Source: Verrucomicrobiota bacterium
GTDB taxonomy: Bacteria; Verrucomicrobiota; Verrucomicrobiia; Opitutales; Cerasicoccaceae
Length of the DNA stretch: 64,000 nucleotides
NCBI GenBank assembly: GCA_039818205.1
Contig: JBCBUK010000001.1
Coordinates: forward strand, 160,001 to 224,000
Reading direction: 5' to 3'
The notes under the pieces: generated by a model
The model's database searches: none
What the model was told of the DNA's origin: nothing
Seen by the model: the letters and a program-made list of their open reading frames with translations, nothing else
Made by a program: the position numbers and the translations under genes
Shown: positions 62,959-64,000 of the stretch, one piece after another
Numbering within the stretch: position 1 is the stretch's first letter
How the letters are laid out: each line of letters opens with the position of its first letter

Positions 62959-64000
62959 CTAGTTCGTTTGAATACGCGCCACCACAAGGGTGTGAACCGG
63001 AGGTGTCCAGCCCGAGATCGCATCAAGCTTGATACGGACGACAACGACTTTCTTGTCGCTGAATGCCAGCGGATCATTGCTGAAAAGCGCCTGCGGATTC
63101 ACCATCCGCCCTACTTCGGTAACAACTGCCGATTTCTCACCCTCAAAAGCATCAGACCGAATGGTCGCTTTCTGGCCAACTTTCACTTTGCGGATGTCAT
63201 CGATGTAGACTTCGGCATCGACGTAAAGCTCGGATAAGTCACCCAGGGTCACGACGCCTGCAAAGCCAACCGCCTCTCCAGACTCAGCTCCCACATACAA
63301 GACAGTTCCCTCAATCGGAGCGACCACTTGAGTTAAAGCCAGTTGTGCCCGCGCTTGGCCAATTGCCGCTTCAGCGGTTTTGGAAGCGGCCTGTGCTCGC
63401 CGCAGCTCGGCCTCAAGCACCAATGCCTCGGACTTCAGCACTTCGATAGCACCTTTGGCAGCCGCGGCTTGCGCGGCAATTGTATCCCGCTGGCTCTCGA
63501 CGGCGGCAAGCTGTGCCTCAGCAGTGGAAACGGCAACCTGGGCAGCTGCGATCTCAGCATCCAGGCGCGCCGCAACTGCGGGACGTGTTCCTGCGAGTTC
63601 GTTGTGCTCCTCGGCCAATGTCTTCTGTTGAAATTTGATTTCCTCGGATTCGCGCCGGGGCGGATCCCAATCGTCGAGCGTCCGCTGGTGGTGGGCATGC
63701 ATGGCCTCCATCTTCGTGAGCGCACCGTCGATCTTTGCCAATGCCTCGAGCTTGGCGTGTTCCGCCACCGTGGCGCCTGCCTGAGCCTGCTTAACCTGGG
63801 ATTGTGCTGTGACTACCTGGCTTTGGACATTGGCCTGCTGAGACGAAAAGACATTGATCTCCTCCTCTTGGGCGCGAATACGCGACTGAACAACTGCCTG
63901 CTGAGCTTGTAGCACCTCTAAATTCTTCGCGTTGGCGCTGGCCTCTAATGACGCGATGGCAACGCTGGCTTCGGCACCAGGGCGACCAACGAGTGTGGCA
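62959..64000 (-). CDS. HlyD/DevB-like membrane fusion protein, 5' end outside the window
   Basis: Long coiled coil; VAPIEGTVL, AEVYIDDI, DKKVVVVRI; frame stays open to the window edge. Confidence 0.85.
   Translation of the reverse strand, partial: ATLVGRPGAEASVAIASLEASANAKNLEVLQAQQAVVQSRIRAQEEEINVFSSQQANVQSQVVTAQSQVKQAQAGATVAEHAKLEALAKIDGALTKMEAMHAHHQRTLDDWDPPRRESEEIKFQQKTLAEEHNELAGTRPAVAARLDAEIAAAQVAVSTAEAQLAAVESQRDTIAAQAAAAKGAIEVLKSEALVLEAELRRAQAASKTAEAAIGQARAQLALTQVVAPIEGTVLYVGAESGEAVGFAGVVTLGDLSELYVDAEVYIDDIRKVKVGQKATIRSDAFEGEKSAVVTEVGRMVNPQALFSNDPLAFSDKKVVVVRIKLDAISGWTPPVHTLVVARIQTN

Overview
Bacterial chromosomal window, most consistent with a marine Verrucomicrobiota member of the Opitutales type. 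This is an inference from five PEP-CTERM proteins, a prepilin/H-X9-DG protein and verrucomicrobial-style C-terminal modules. 1-27 kb is a glycan-foraging region: large secreted CBM6/malectin/PKD proteins, a LacI-adjacent GH29 + MFS + RraA/UxaA/SDR/AKR sugar-acid cluster, PEP-CTERM proteins, a lone dynamin-like GTPase and an 833-aa secreted protein whose catalytic-looking N-terminus resembles red-algal galactose-sulfurylase-like proteins. 28-38.5 kb, off the 3' end of tRNA-Asn, is a mosaic with a duplicated AraC 3' end, an integron-integrase remnant, a LytS/LytTR pair and FG-GAP surface proteins. 38.7-64 kb mixes housekeeping genes (fbaB, glk, uvrB, gap, Fur family, DevBCA-type exporter) with a PEP-CTERM gene flanked by REP-like repeats and a 2140-aa split, motif-altered GH81-like protein. 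All family calls come from motif recognition by eye; no searches were run.
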